From: Vicugna vicugna
Lineage: Eukaryota
Direction: 5' to 3'
Length of the DNA stretch: 64,000 bases
Assembly (NCBI GenBank): GCA_013265495.1
Contig: MU058337.1
Span: 2,386,686 to 2,450,685 of the forward strand
Shown: positions 12,884 through 24,310 of the stretch, piece after piece
How the letters are laid out: each line of letters opens with the position of its first letter
Position numbering within the stretch: the stretch's first letter is position 1
Translations under genes and position numbers: made by a program
The notes under the pieces: model-generated
Databases searched by the model: none
Told to the model about the DNA's origin: nothing
What the model saw: only the letters and a program-made list of their open reading frames with translations

Positions 12884-13794
12884 CATTATTGATATGTGTG
12901 CTGTCATCAGGAAAAACCCATGTAAGATCTATGGGCTGGAGAGTCCCTTCATTTATCTGTGAAGGGACTGTCTTCCACACACCATCTCATCATAGAGGAA
13001 ACTCACTCACATATCAGCAAAATGACACATCATCACACATAATGAACCTTTAACGCTGGTGCTGAGCAAATGAAACAATGAATTCTTCATCTAGAAGTGT
13101 CAGCTTTGTGCTTTACCTGTGCTGAAAACAGTTTAAGGCAGAATTGTGCCCTTTGACGTGAGGATGAGTTTCCACCTTCTGCCTCTCCCAACTGCAATTC
13201 CAAATGCGTGTATGTCTGGGTCTTATCCAGGTACTGCCCACGGAGGGGTGTGTTTATTAGTTGCAGAGTCTCAGTTTATGAAGACTGAATTTATCTTGCT
13301 GTAAGATACAGAAGGCATGGAGGAACCAGCCCCGAGTTCCTGAACAGTTGTCAAGGAGTAAATGAAGCCTTTTTTTTTTTTCTGGTTATTCCATTTATTC
13401 ACGGGAATAATAGCTTTTTCCAGAATCAAGGACTGTTGACTTTCCTCCAAACCTCAGTGCAATTCTTGCCAAACATTTTTTGAGGCGCGATGGCTTGAGG
13501 AAACATGCCCACATGAAAAGGAGTTAATGTTCCAAACCCACCCACACACCCATTATTTGTATGATGCAAGCTTCATCGGTTCTCACTGTCTTTTAAATCT
13601 TACAGATGGCGTTTCCAGACTTTATCCCTGGAGAATTCATGCCATGGGCTAGCATGGTTCTTTATATAAATGGTACTCAAAGTGTGGCCAGTTAGTCGTT
13701 TGTATCAGTTATTATCTGAGAATTAAAAAAAAATCAGAGAAAAAGGCATAATAGGATGTCCCAACCCAATGTGGAATTCCTGGTGATACACTGT

Positions 13795-13890
13795 ATATTC
13801 CATTAGGATAGGATGTCTGCTTTCCACTTACCACTGTCACCCCAGAACTGAACACAGTGCCTGGCAATAAGCGTTTGTTCAAGTACTTCC
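13795..13890 (+). mobile_element. L2 3' end fragment
   Basis: ccactgtcaccccagaactgaacacagtgcctggca matches the L2 terminus. Confidence 0.6.
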
Positions 13891-14777
13891 TCCCACATTA
13901 CCGCAAGTACCTTCAGACCCGTAAGAAAATTTTCCAAAGACTCAAGGAGATAAAGATACATACTAAGGCATCAAAATATCTAATTTTCCAAAAGAAAAAT
14001 GGCTTGATGATATTTTTATTCATTGAAAATTTACTAAATTCTCTCTCATTCTTACTTCTAGTCTTTCTAGAGATTCAATGATCGTATGTAAAATTCTTTA
14101 AAAGCTCTTTATAGCAGAGGTGAATCTGATGATATGTAACAGAAATATGCCAACTATCTTAGTTTCTAAGAATATCACCTTGAGCGTGTAAAATTGAGGC
14201 CCAAAACATTGCAGATGCAAAGATGTATTATTGATATATTTTCATTAAAAGAAGAAGTCAATTTTGAAAACTTAGTCTATAAAAATTATGAAAAAGCACC
14301 GTAGTTAGAAATATCTATTGATCTCAGGATATACAGTTGACAGTCACTCTCGGTATAGTTATAGTATACGGGTATTATCTACTCATAAAATTTATTTTAA
14401 CATGTTAATGTAGCAGCTTAACATTTTCCCCCCTGTGAACCACATAGAAATGGTGTTTTTAAAACCTGCTTTATAGTAGTGTGCAGGTTCAGTAAAAACT
14501 TTAGGAATGGGCTTACAGGTTTTATATTATCAAGTGTTTTGGGTTTTCCCTAACTGTGTCTAGAAGGAGAAAAACATTTCAGTTAAGATTGCCCGGCTAC
14601 ACTTTGATATTTCCTGAAGCCTCTGCTGCAGGGAACTCAGGAGAATGCACGAGACTATTCTTCTTAATTTCATTTTAAAATCTTGTATCTGTCAGTTTAA
14701 GACATAGACTAGTAACTCTTCCTCAGTTAAAAGAAACTGTGGGTGCTCGGATAGCAGGATCGTGAGTAGCCAGACGG

Positions 14778-15000
14778 GCAGCGTGTTGCCCCAGAAAGTG
14801 CGGGAGCTCTGGAATTAACAGACGCTGACTTAGATGTCACGTCTTCCTATTATTAGCTACGTCAGCTCAGGCAGCTTACCCTCATTCCCGGAACTCAACG
14901 TACTGGTCTGGAAAAGGGGGCAGTAAATTCTATCATTCATGGTTATAATGAGCAGTAAAGTATCTAATACGTGTGAAAATGTCAGTGCCTGACAATGTGA
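14778..15000 (+). mobile_element. MIR SINE, near full length
   Basis: Colinear with MIR: gcagcgtg...gctctggaattaacagac...attagctacgtcagctcaggcagcttac...ggttataatgagcagtaaa...taatacgtgtgaaaatgtcagtgcctgaca. Confidence 0.7.
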
Positions 15001-15099
15001 TGTACCATTTGCTTTCCTGTGCACTGTGTGACAGTCATTTTATAGGTTACATTATGAACATGAACACAAATATGCATGCACATTTACCATTTATACAGT

Positions 15100-15127
15100 A
15101 CACGCACACACACGCACACACACACAC
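15100..15127. repeat. Imperfect (CA)n microsatellite
   Basis: acacgcacacacacgcacacacacacac. Confidence 0.9.
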
Positions 15128-15191
15128 CTGTGTTTAAAAGTGGTCACAGCATCAGAATTTAATAAAATGAATTCTCACCTTGGGAAGCAAA

Positions 15192-15390
15192 GAAGCACGA
15201 AAGTTAAGGACGTAGACTTTGCAGGCAGATGCAAATGAGACGGGCTTCCTCAACCTGTTCAGTCTCATTCTCTTCATAGGGTCCGTGCCCACATCATAGA
15301 TTGCTTGTGTGGAATAAAGAAGATAACGTGAAAGCACTGTCACAGTGACCAATACCAAGGAAGCACTCAATAAATGTTCTTTGTTATTGT
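15192..15390 (+). mobile_element. MIR SINE
   Basis: gttaaggacgtagactttg...gataacgtgaaagcactgtcacagtgacc...aagcactcaataaatgtt is the MIR 3' end. Confidence 0.7.
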
Positions 15391-15824
15391 ACAGACCTCT
15401 TGAAAAATATATTTAAGTTTGGAAGAGCAGATCGGAGCCCTTTCTTGGATGAAAAGATAATACCTGTACACAGGGTAGGATCAATGGTGAGGACCCAGGT
15501 GGATTTTCAGCTTCAACTCCTTGAACTTGAGGTTGAAACAAATCTCCTCATATAGCTTTTAGAAATTTTCTAAGATTTCTTAAAAAAAAAAAAAGAAAAA
15601 AGAAATACTCTGAGTAGCAGGATACCTCTGTCCTAACCTAAGCTTTCTCAGACTTTATCTGGGTGAACTTTGGTAAGAACAAACTCTCTGAGGTTGAAAG
15701 CTCTTTAAATAAAGAGAACATATTTATACTTAATTTTAAGATAAAAGTTACTTTGATAGCTTATATTTTTGTGTTTAATATAAATAATTTTCAAGTTATT
15801 GAATTGAAGGATGTTGACTAAATT

Positions 15825-16395
15825 AATGAGGTCACCAAATGGTGACCTTGGGAAAGAAGGATTTTAATAATCATGTGAGTCTTAACCGCGGCCACCTCTG
15901 CTGTAGCCCAGTGGGCTTTTGGACAAAGTGGCCATGGCGGCAGGGATGGAGGTCATGCATGGACTCGGTAACACGCACTGCCACTTGCCAAGGCGGACCT
16001 GGCTGTGGCCACTGCTGAGTGCCCAGTCTGCCAGCAGCAGGGACCAAGACTGAGTCCCCAGTCTGGCGCCATTCCCCCGGTGACCAGCCGGCTCGCTGGT
16101 GGCAGGCTGATGACACTGGACGTGTCGTGCTCTGCCGTGGTATTCGGAGCATTGCTTCTGACTGAGGAGCTCACTTCGCAGCAAAGCAGTGTGAAAACGG
16201 CCCATGTTCATGGAATTCACCTGTCTTACCATAGCCCCCATCATGCTGAAGCAGCTGGCTTGGTAGAATGGTAGCATGACCTTCTGAAGATTGAATTACA
16301 TCACGCTTCAATGACAGTACCTTGTGGAGCGGGCGTGAGGGTCTCCAGAAGGCTGTGTACACCCTGAACAAGCCTGTGATGTGATATATTGTGTC
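15825..16395 (+). mobile_element. pol: ERVL-class endogenous retrovirus pol fragment (end of RNase H plus integrase), degenerate
   Basis: Translates with stops and frameshifts to AQWAFGQSGHGGRDGGHAW..LPLAKADLAVATAECPVCQQQ..GDQPARWWQAD..SIASD*GAHFAAK..AHVHGIHLSYHSPHHAEAAGLVEW..LQKAVYTLN. This matches the HERV-L integrase as I recall it (AQWAHEQSGHGGRDGG..ATAECPICQQQ..WQVD..SIASDQGTHF..HHPEAAGLIERWN). Confidence 0.92.
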
Positions 16396-19300
16396 AGATT
16401 GTCTTACGCATGTGTGCTAAATGGAAAATAGTTAAACTTGTCAATTTATCCTCACTTAGAACTGAACAACAAACCCTTTTATTAATTTTAGTTTCAAAAA
16501 TATGTATCTTATGAAATAGCATATATAAATTATAAAAAGTAAGGAAAATCTTAAACAGATGGTTGTTTGGCAGAGAATCATAAAAATTACATTGCACAAT
16601 AAATTCCAGAAATTACAGTACTGCCAGTATTTTTGTTTCTTAGGGATTGATTCTACTGGCTTTCAAAGGTCTCTATGGTTAAAAATCAATCAATCAATAA
16701 AATTTAAAATGATCACATAGAATGGCAGAATTAATGCTACTCCATTTCTGTTCCTTCATCTTTATAATCATTGTGTTATAATTGTTTTTCTTAAATTAAA
16801 TGTTAAAACACAGAAAGATACAGTATAGGATTTGGATATAGGTATTGTTCTGGGAACATATCTAAGTGATCCCAAATAAATACCTAGCTGAGTCAGTGTT
16901 CTTTAGGGTCACTTGTTAAAACTGCAGGTTCTCTAATTTAACATCCATGTAGAATATTAAATAGCAAGTAGTGATAGTACGCTAATTTGATGTTAATCAA
17001 GTATTATTAAATTCAAAAGTAACAATGTTATTGTTTAGAACGTTGATGAACAAAATACTTTGGGGAGGAGGACGTTTTAAGCATCAACTGGGGAAATATG
17101 CATGGCGTATGCAAAGCAGAATTAGACAAGGTCCTTGTCCTTGGGCCTCAGTGGAATTCCTCTTTGACTGAAGACTGAGAGGGCTCTGAGTTTCCCCAAA
17201 TCAAGTACCTTGGGGAAGACGTTTCATGAAAGTAAAATTGATCTTTGTTACAATGTATTTACTGAAATAGTTGTAAGACTCCTAACTTCCACTTTCTGCT
17301 TTCCTTCTTAAGATATTTAGTGACAAAAGAAAACATTCATGTCTAAATGAGATCATACTGATTTAATTATTGATTGGATTCACCAGTTTTCTGACGCCAT
17401 AAACAATGCCCTAGAGATATGAAAGCATACTTACATAAGATTTATTTATTTTTAATGATATTTTGGCTAACCTTAAAAATAATTCATGTTATTTACACAC
17501 ATATGGGTGTTATCAATGCTTAATTAGAATATTTAGTTTTTTAGTAAGTATCTCCAGATTTATATTTGAACTCTAGCTATATAAACAAATTTCATGACAT
17601 TGGATAAAATGATTTTTCTTCTGATCATTTAAGTTATGGTTTTATAGATACAGCCTTAATCCTTAAATACATGAGTTTCCCTTTATGCTGGAGGTTCTCT
17701 AAGTAGATATAAAATGCAATATGGTGTCAGAATAAAATTTGTTTTGAAAATAGGCATTTTTGTGTTTCTTTTCTCAAACTGGTATTTAAAGCAGTCAATC
17801 TCGTATTTTATTTCAATCGTATACCTTGAAATCAGTGCAGTGATTTGTCCATCTTGAAAAATTATAGAATGGATATTTTTAACATAAAATAGCTTAAATG
17901 AATCTCGTAGACAATAAATCGACTTTGTTTGCGCAAAGACATTTCAAATATTTTTAACGATACTGTAAAGTATGTGTTACCAACGTGTTAATATTACTTT
18001 CCCCCTCTGTCTTTGTTTACAAATACTCCTCGATATTTAATCTTTAACAGTCTTCTCAGAAATGGACTGTGTTGGGGAAATAAAATCTTTGGGAAAATAT
18101 TATGGTGATTCTTCATATATTTATTTGTAAAACCTTTCTAACTAAATTACAGAAATATATGGAAGGACAATTACTTTAAAAATTGTCAAGGTTAACATAA
18201 AACAAAAGATACCTTTTGATTTTCAGCCATGGCTTGAGATGAGGTCTAATTTTACATTGTAATCACTTGTGATTAAACATCACCAGACCTAAAATAGATA
18301 CTAAATCATAAAAGAGCTTTATATTAAGTACATGTGGCATTATTTCCATGTGTCCACTTTCAAGAAAATATGAAGATCCTGGTTCAGTTAAGCTTCAGTA
18401 ACATTAACACCTTGATTTGGCGAATGCGTTTTGGTTAAGCTGTGTGAGTGATGTAATCAACACATTTCTAACGCCCATTCATAATACTTTTGAATTGAAC
18501 TTAAAGACCATGTTGTAGGAAAGTAATACATGAAGGATTCAGCTCCTACTAATAATTTAAAAACACACTTCAGGAAAAGAGAAAAATTGGGGAAAGAGAA
18601 CTTATCACTGAAGAGACGGATGTGAAAGGTCCATTTGACCGCTAAGGTTGTGTGCTGTCTCCGCCTTACTCACTAACCAGGATGCTGTCCCGTTGATCTG
18701 TTCCCATCTGTTACTGACGCATCGTGTTCGTGCTGTGGCAGAGAATGTCAGTGGAAAGCACATCTCTGTGACTGCGGTATTTCAGATGATGTAAATAAAC
18801 AGGGAGGCTCTCGGATCACATGAAATCTCACTACTTTCCTTTTTTTCCTATTCATTTGTGTTGATCCCTCGCTTATTGCAAACCTTCCATCATCTCTTTT
18901 CTATTTTTTATTATTTAATTCAGGTTACCTCAGGTCTGTTAGGTAAATGCATGTCTTGATGCCATGTTCTGATTTCCTGAAATTCTCAAGGGGGCGTTGA
19001 GATTATGTATTAAAACTTTTCCCATATTACTAATTTAGTACAAATGTCAACACAAATATTGAAGTCCATGCATTTATAACTTATGCCCACAAACATTTAA
19101 GGGATGTGAGAAATTGATTACACTGAGTGAGATGCCAGAAGGTAAAGAGAAGGCACCATAGTCTACTTTAGGTAAATCTTTAATCCACATCTCCATACAA
19201 TATGGAAACAGGCAAATGAAATGTAATGGTCATTAATTCTGCTTTCCATCTTCCTGGATCATGGCAACAGCTCTGACTGGGGTGCACTGGTTGATCTGGC

Positions 19301-19929
19301 TTACTTAGTGCCAGTGGAAAGAGGTGCTAATGTATCATGTCATCTCACGAGTCAAATTAAGCTCAAAGAGAGAATCAGGTTGACTTGCATCTATTTTTTA
19401 AAACCCAGAAAGCACAGAGTATTGCTGTCCTTTGGGGACTTCCTGGCCATCATTTGGCCCCAAAGTAAAATGTAACGGGAATTAAGGAGGACACAGTAGC
19501 ATGGCTGTATCAGGAAGAACTTCATAGAGTAAATCTTTTAAGTCAATGCTATTTCAATAATTTGAAGTGTGATTAAAAAAAAAAAGAAAACCTTTAAATA
19601 CAATGATAATTAATAGCACATGTCCCAAAGCATAAAAGCTGAAAAACATTTCATAGGAAGTAGGTCCCTTTGCCTGGGAAGACAGTTAGTTTATAGTTCC
19701 TTAAAGCTGAAGTTTTGTCCACGAGCTTCTACAGATGCTGCCTCCTTTGACTCCTGTACCAGTTTGGGGGCTGTCCTGGTAGATAACGTGGTCTCTGGTT
19801 CACTGGAGAGAACGTGTGACTTGGATGGTATCACCTTCCTTGGGGGCTGTGTGGGTATCCCAGGCCGCAGAAGTACACCTCACAATGGCAACTTCTGATC
19901 TGGAACTGAGCCTGGAAAGTCAGGTGAGG

Positions 19930-20260
19930 AAATAGTAGGAGGAGACTGAACCCTTGGCTAGGACTAGGTCACCTTCTTCAGGTAGATTCTTGGGTATTTT
20001 TGAAGTTTTTTGAACAGAATCATGAAATGATCAGATTCCCATCAAAACATTTCAGAAAGTGAGATGATCTAGAAATGGTGAAAAAGATAGAGTTATAAAA
20101 TCCCACACTAAGTCCAAAAGATAAAGTCCAGGATAGATGGGTTAATGAGGGTAAATAACAGCCTTTATAAGAAAGATCTGCAGAATTAATTGAAAGCTTA
20201 GTAAGAGGCAACAGAGAAGAGGGGAGCCAAAAAATGCAAATCTGAGTGATGCCACCCTTG
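19930..20260 (-). mobile_element. L2 fragment (antisense)
   Basis: GA-rich tract with tgaagttttttgaacagaatcatgaaatgatcagatt, typical of antisense L2. Confidence 0.5.
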
Positions 20261-20312
20261 TGAGGAGCAGGCAGTCGAGTTCACACATCACACCTACAAC
20301 TTGCGTCTGCTG

Positions 20313-20500
20313 TTAAAGATGGACGTTGACAAACTGAGACACATCCAGGGGAGAAGCGTAAAGATGGGTTAGGAGAGCGTGGCCTTTGAGGGACGTTTGA
20401 AAGAACTGAGTTTATCTTGAAAAGGAGATAAATTGGTTGAGACTGGGGTGGAGACAGATTGGCAGGTGTGGAAGGAGCTATTTTCAAAACATTATATGAA
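20313..20500 (+). mobile_element. L3/CR1 LINE, ORF2 C-terminal fragment
   Basis: Translates KMDVDKLRHIQGRSVKMG*ESVAFEGRLKELSL, resembling the CR1 motif KDIDKLERVQRRATKM...YEERLKELGLFSLEKRR. Confidence 0.75.
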
Positions 20501-22263
20501 AGATCATTTAGACTTTTCTGCAGCTCTTGAAGGCAGAGCCAGAACCACCAGGTGCAGGTTTTAATGCAGGACAATGCCTACCTTTCAAGGAATTTTGTTA
20601 TCCATCCAGCAGTTGAAAACACCACTTTTTGATACGTTGCAAGATAGTGCTTTCATCTGGATTACCTTGAAATTCCATCCCAATCGAGTCCATCATTTCA
20701 TTAAATATACGTTACATTCCTACGCAGTACAATGAACGTGCCGCTGCAGGTTGATTAGCTAATACTTGAAAAATTAAGGCTTTGTTTGTTCTGAAACATA
20801 CACAGTCACGGAAAATGCAGTTTAGGCGCTCAAAGGGCTGATGCTGTGGAACGTGAAGCTGAATGGAGTAAACACACAACTCGCTTCACCTTGGACGCTT
20901 CCACAAAACAGGTACATCAAGGTGTCTAGAGGCACAAAAGTTGTCTGAGCCAACAACGAAAGCAACAAAACATAACGTCAGTTTCAGAAGCAGGATGGGA
21001 AGCTTCGTATAACATTTTACTGACGTTTTGTCGGTAGGGATTTGCTCTGTGGGTGAATGAATGCGTGGATTATGGGGCAGGCCACTCATTTTCAACACTT
21101 GACTGAGATTTCTAAATGGACAGCTCAGTGTAGTGTAAGAGAAGGTCTAGTGATACTGGAAGACATGGCCCTGGGTCTCAATTTCTTCTTGACATGGTCC
21201 CAAATCACTTTTTTAATGGTTTTACTTGGGTCTCATGGCACTGTGAAAAGTCCCAGAACCCGTTAGAAGGAGCTGAGATGTTTGATCTTGGGCTAAATCA
21301 GACTCTCAATGGGAGGCAGCTGGGCTGTAATGGAGGAGGAAAGTCTGGCTGTTTCGGGCGTGGGCACTGATGTTATAATCACAGCAACGTGCTGGCTTGG
21401 CATATCATCAAATACTCTTCTTGAACCTGTCTGATCACTTCCAGAGAGGGGAGGTTCTGTTTTGTTATGGTCCATTGGCCGTCATTTAGAAAAATGCATG
21501 CATTTTAATGGACTAGCTCCTGCTGCTGGGGGTTTTCAGTCATGTCTAGAAGGAGCACTAAATACAGACAATGCTGAAAGCCGGCTCCAATGCTCTAGCA
21601 AAGTTGAGACAAAAAGAAATGGAGATTTTGGAAACGGGTTGCATTTGAAATGACCCAGGGTGAGAATCACGTCGAAAAGCAGATTAAATTTTGAGAGATC
21701 AAAAGCATGAATCCTGCGAATCCAATACGCTTTAACCCCTGAGTTATTCCAAGGATGAGTTAGGTTCAGTGGTCAACATTCTCTTTCCTCTTGACAGTAT
21801 TTTATTCATCACCCTACCTTTAAATCTGAGAATTCTAATATATAAAACTGTATAGAAATTATAATCTATAAAGTCGCTTTTTAAAGTCATTTGACATAAA
21901 ATGTCCTACTGTATAAAAATTCCCGTTTTCAACTTTTAGCATTGAAAGATAAATATATCCAAGTGCACAGCATTGGAGACTCAGCTATTGAGGGAAACGA
22001 GGCGAGGGTAGTATTTAGTTCCCAAGGTTCTAAAGTTGAGGTTGAAAAGACCGCTAATACACACCCATCAAATATTTCTTGCTAACCAAAATATTCAAAG
22101 GGGGTGAAGACGCTGGGGAAGAGTCTCCAGTCTGGAGGTCTTCCACGATCCTTTCATCTTTTTTTCACATTTGATTCAATTGTCTGCTGGATTTAGGGAT
22201 GTGCTATAGCCATCATTTACAACTCAGAGCAGAATGCAAATGAATGTTTTTCTTCAGGTGCTT

Positions 22264-22660
22264 TGTGTCAGCTAGGATTACTTTCGGTTGCATATAAAAG
22301 CAAATCAGGCCCAAGAGCTTTGCATAAGTAGAGTTTTTTTTCCCCCTCATGTAAAAAGGAACACAAATGTAGGTACTACAGGGCTCGTGCAACAGTTTGA
22401 TGAAGTTATCAAGGACTCAGGTTCCTTCCTATTTCTTACTTATCTTGTGGGGGTGGGGGTTACTACTCATGTTAGCAATGTGGCTTCTCTGTCTCCAGGT
22501 ATCAAGTTTGCATTCCAGACAGGAAAGAGATGAAGGAGGGCAAAAGGCAAAATGCCAAAGGCCAAAAATTACATGCAATTAGTGTTACTTATAGCAAAAC
22601 ATTAGTGTTCTCCTTTGTGGCAAGCCCTATCTGCATGGGATTCTGGGCAGATGAAAATTT
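22264..22660 (-). mobile_element. ERVL LTR, LTR33-like
   Basis: tgtgtcagctaggatt..ttcggttgca...cagggctcgtgcaacag...atcaaggactcaggttccttcct...gcattccagacaggaaaga matches the LTR33 reverse complement as remembered. Confidence 0.7.
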
Positions 22661-22779
22661 TTAAAAAGTTAACTGAAACTCTACTTATTAAAAGACTGTT
22701 AATAATAATTAAATACCTTTTCTTTCTCTTTTTTTTCTCTCTCTCTTAAATTTGCTCTCTTAATCTCTGTATTTTTTTT

Positions 22780-23325
22780 TGCTTTATTTTGGTTCTGCAA
22801 AAATAATGTTAAAGGGTACATTATATCACAGTTTGATTTTTTAACTGAACTATCTGTATAAATACTGTCCAATAGTAATCATATTTTACAATGAATTTAT
22901 TACAAAGGCTATTATGTTCTATCATATGTGTATACTTACTAAATATTTAAATAACTGCATTATAGAGATTGTTTCTATCTTTCCTGTTGCTATTTTTACA
23001 TTCCTTAAATATATATATGTCATACTTACATTATTTCTGTAGGATGCAATTTGAAAGAGGAAATTAATCAGATAATATGCACATTTAAAGGCTTTTAAAT
23101 ATGTAATTAAAATAGCATTACAAAAATTTGCACAAGTTTATGCTATTTCTCCACTCTCTTGCCAACTCTTCAAAATTATTGCTATTTGATAGAGGAAATA
23201 TTATCTTAATTGTAATTTATTTATGTACAGGAAGGGGTTATAAGTTTTGTATATGGGAAGCAATTAACTCTTAGTTCTTGGAAATGATTTCTTGATGTTC
23301 TTTGCCTATTTTTCTACTTTCTACT
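22780..23325 (-). mobile_element. Old L1 (L1ME-like) 3' fragment, antisense
   Basis: tttctgtaggat...aggaaatt...atatgcacatttaaag...tttctccactctcttgccaac...tgttctttgcctatttttct. Confidence 0.6.
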
Positions 23326-24129
23326 TATTTTTCAAATCCACCCACTTCTCGTCTTCACAGGCCACTTCCAAGCCCCTAAACTCTCTTTGCCTAGATTATC
23401 CAAACATTCTTGCAATGTTCTCCGGACCCTCACTCCCACCCCAGTGTGCTTTTTATTTCTGGGCAAGATTGGCAAAGACAGGGATGAAACAGAGTCCTGT
23501 GCTCCGACCGTGATTTCCCCCAGAAGTCACCCTCATATTTACACTTGGATTTTATCCCTAATTATGTGATGACAGTAAGTGTTCTCTTGATGACTATGAG
23601 TAGATAGAATATAGTTTGAGGTCACAGATGTCTTCTTGAAGGCCTGATAGAACGCTTAATTCTCAAAGCATATTTTATACCTCAGAGGTCCCTTTACTTT
23701 TGAATCACAAGCCCTGGTTTAGTCTTAGCTCTGTCACTGAGGTTTGTGACGAGTTTGGGAGGCACCCAATACATCATACTATGCATTCCTCCCAAGACTG
23801 TAGCCGATTGGGAGGTAGACGTAGGGGGTCAGAGATCTGGAATTAAGTAGCTGAGCTCTTTCTAATGCAAGTTATCCTGGAGAAGAAGGCTTCGGCTCTT
23901 TGGCCATATCAGCCTCCTGCTACGTGTGCCCCCGACCACTCAGACTCTCCACTGCATGCCCGACAGTCCTGGACAGCACTGACTTTATCACACGGTGAAA
24001 AATAAACCGGCCTGTACCTTCAAGGAGACACAGTGGAGGGTCCAGCAAAGGCTGGGCCTACGTGTCTGGTCCCACCTCCCAAACTCTCGAGTGAGGGTGG
24101 GGAGTGGGGCCAGCCTGTGTCTAGTGACA

Positions 24130-24310
24130 GTCCCTGGACGTGAATATGGACACAGGAGCCCCAGAATCCACTGTTTCCTCCAGCATCTACCACGATCTCA
24201 CGGCGTGACCTTGGCCAAGTGGTTTGACTTCCGTTAGATTTTGTTTTCTTAGGTTAAGCTGAAACTAATGCTAGTCACCATACAGTATATTTCTGAGGAT
24301 TTAATAATGC
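24130..24310 (+). mobile_element. MIR SINE
   Basis: Core gcgtgaccttggccaagtggtttgacttc. Confidence 0.6.

Noticed and set aside
15829..15848. Palindrome AGGTCACCA-AA-TGGTGACCT resembling an estrogen response element
   Set aside because: The half-site spacing is 8, not 3, and it lies in ERVL coding-derived sequence; probably chance.
15871..16371. Overlapping ORFs as a possible domesticated integrase gene
   Set aside because: In-frame stops, frameshifts and a deletion inside the catalytic core; the minus-strand ORFs are antisense shadows.
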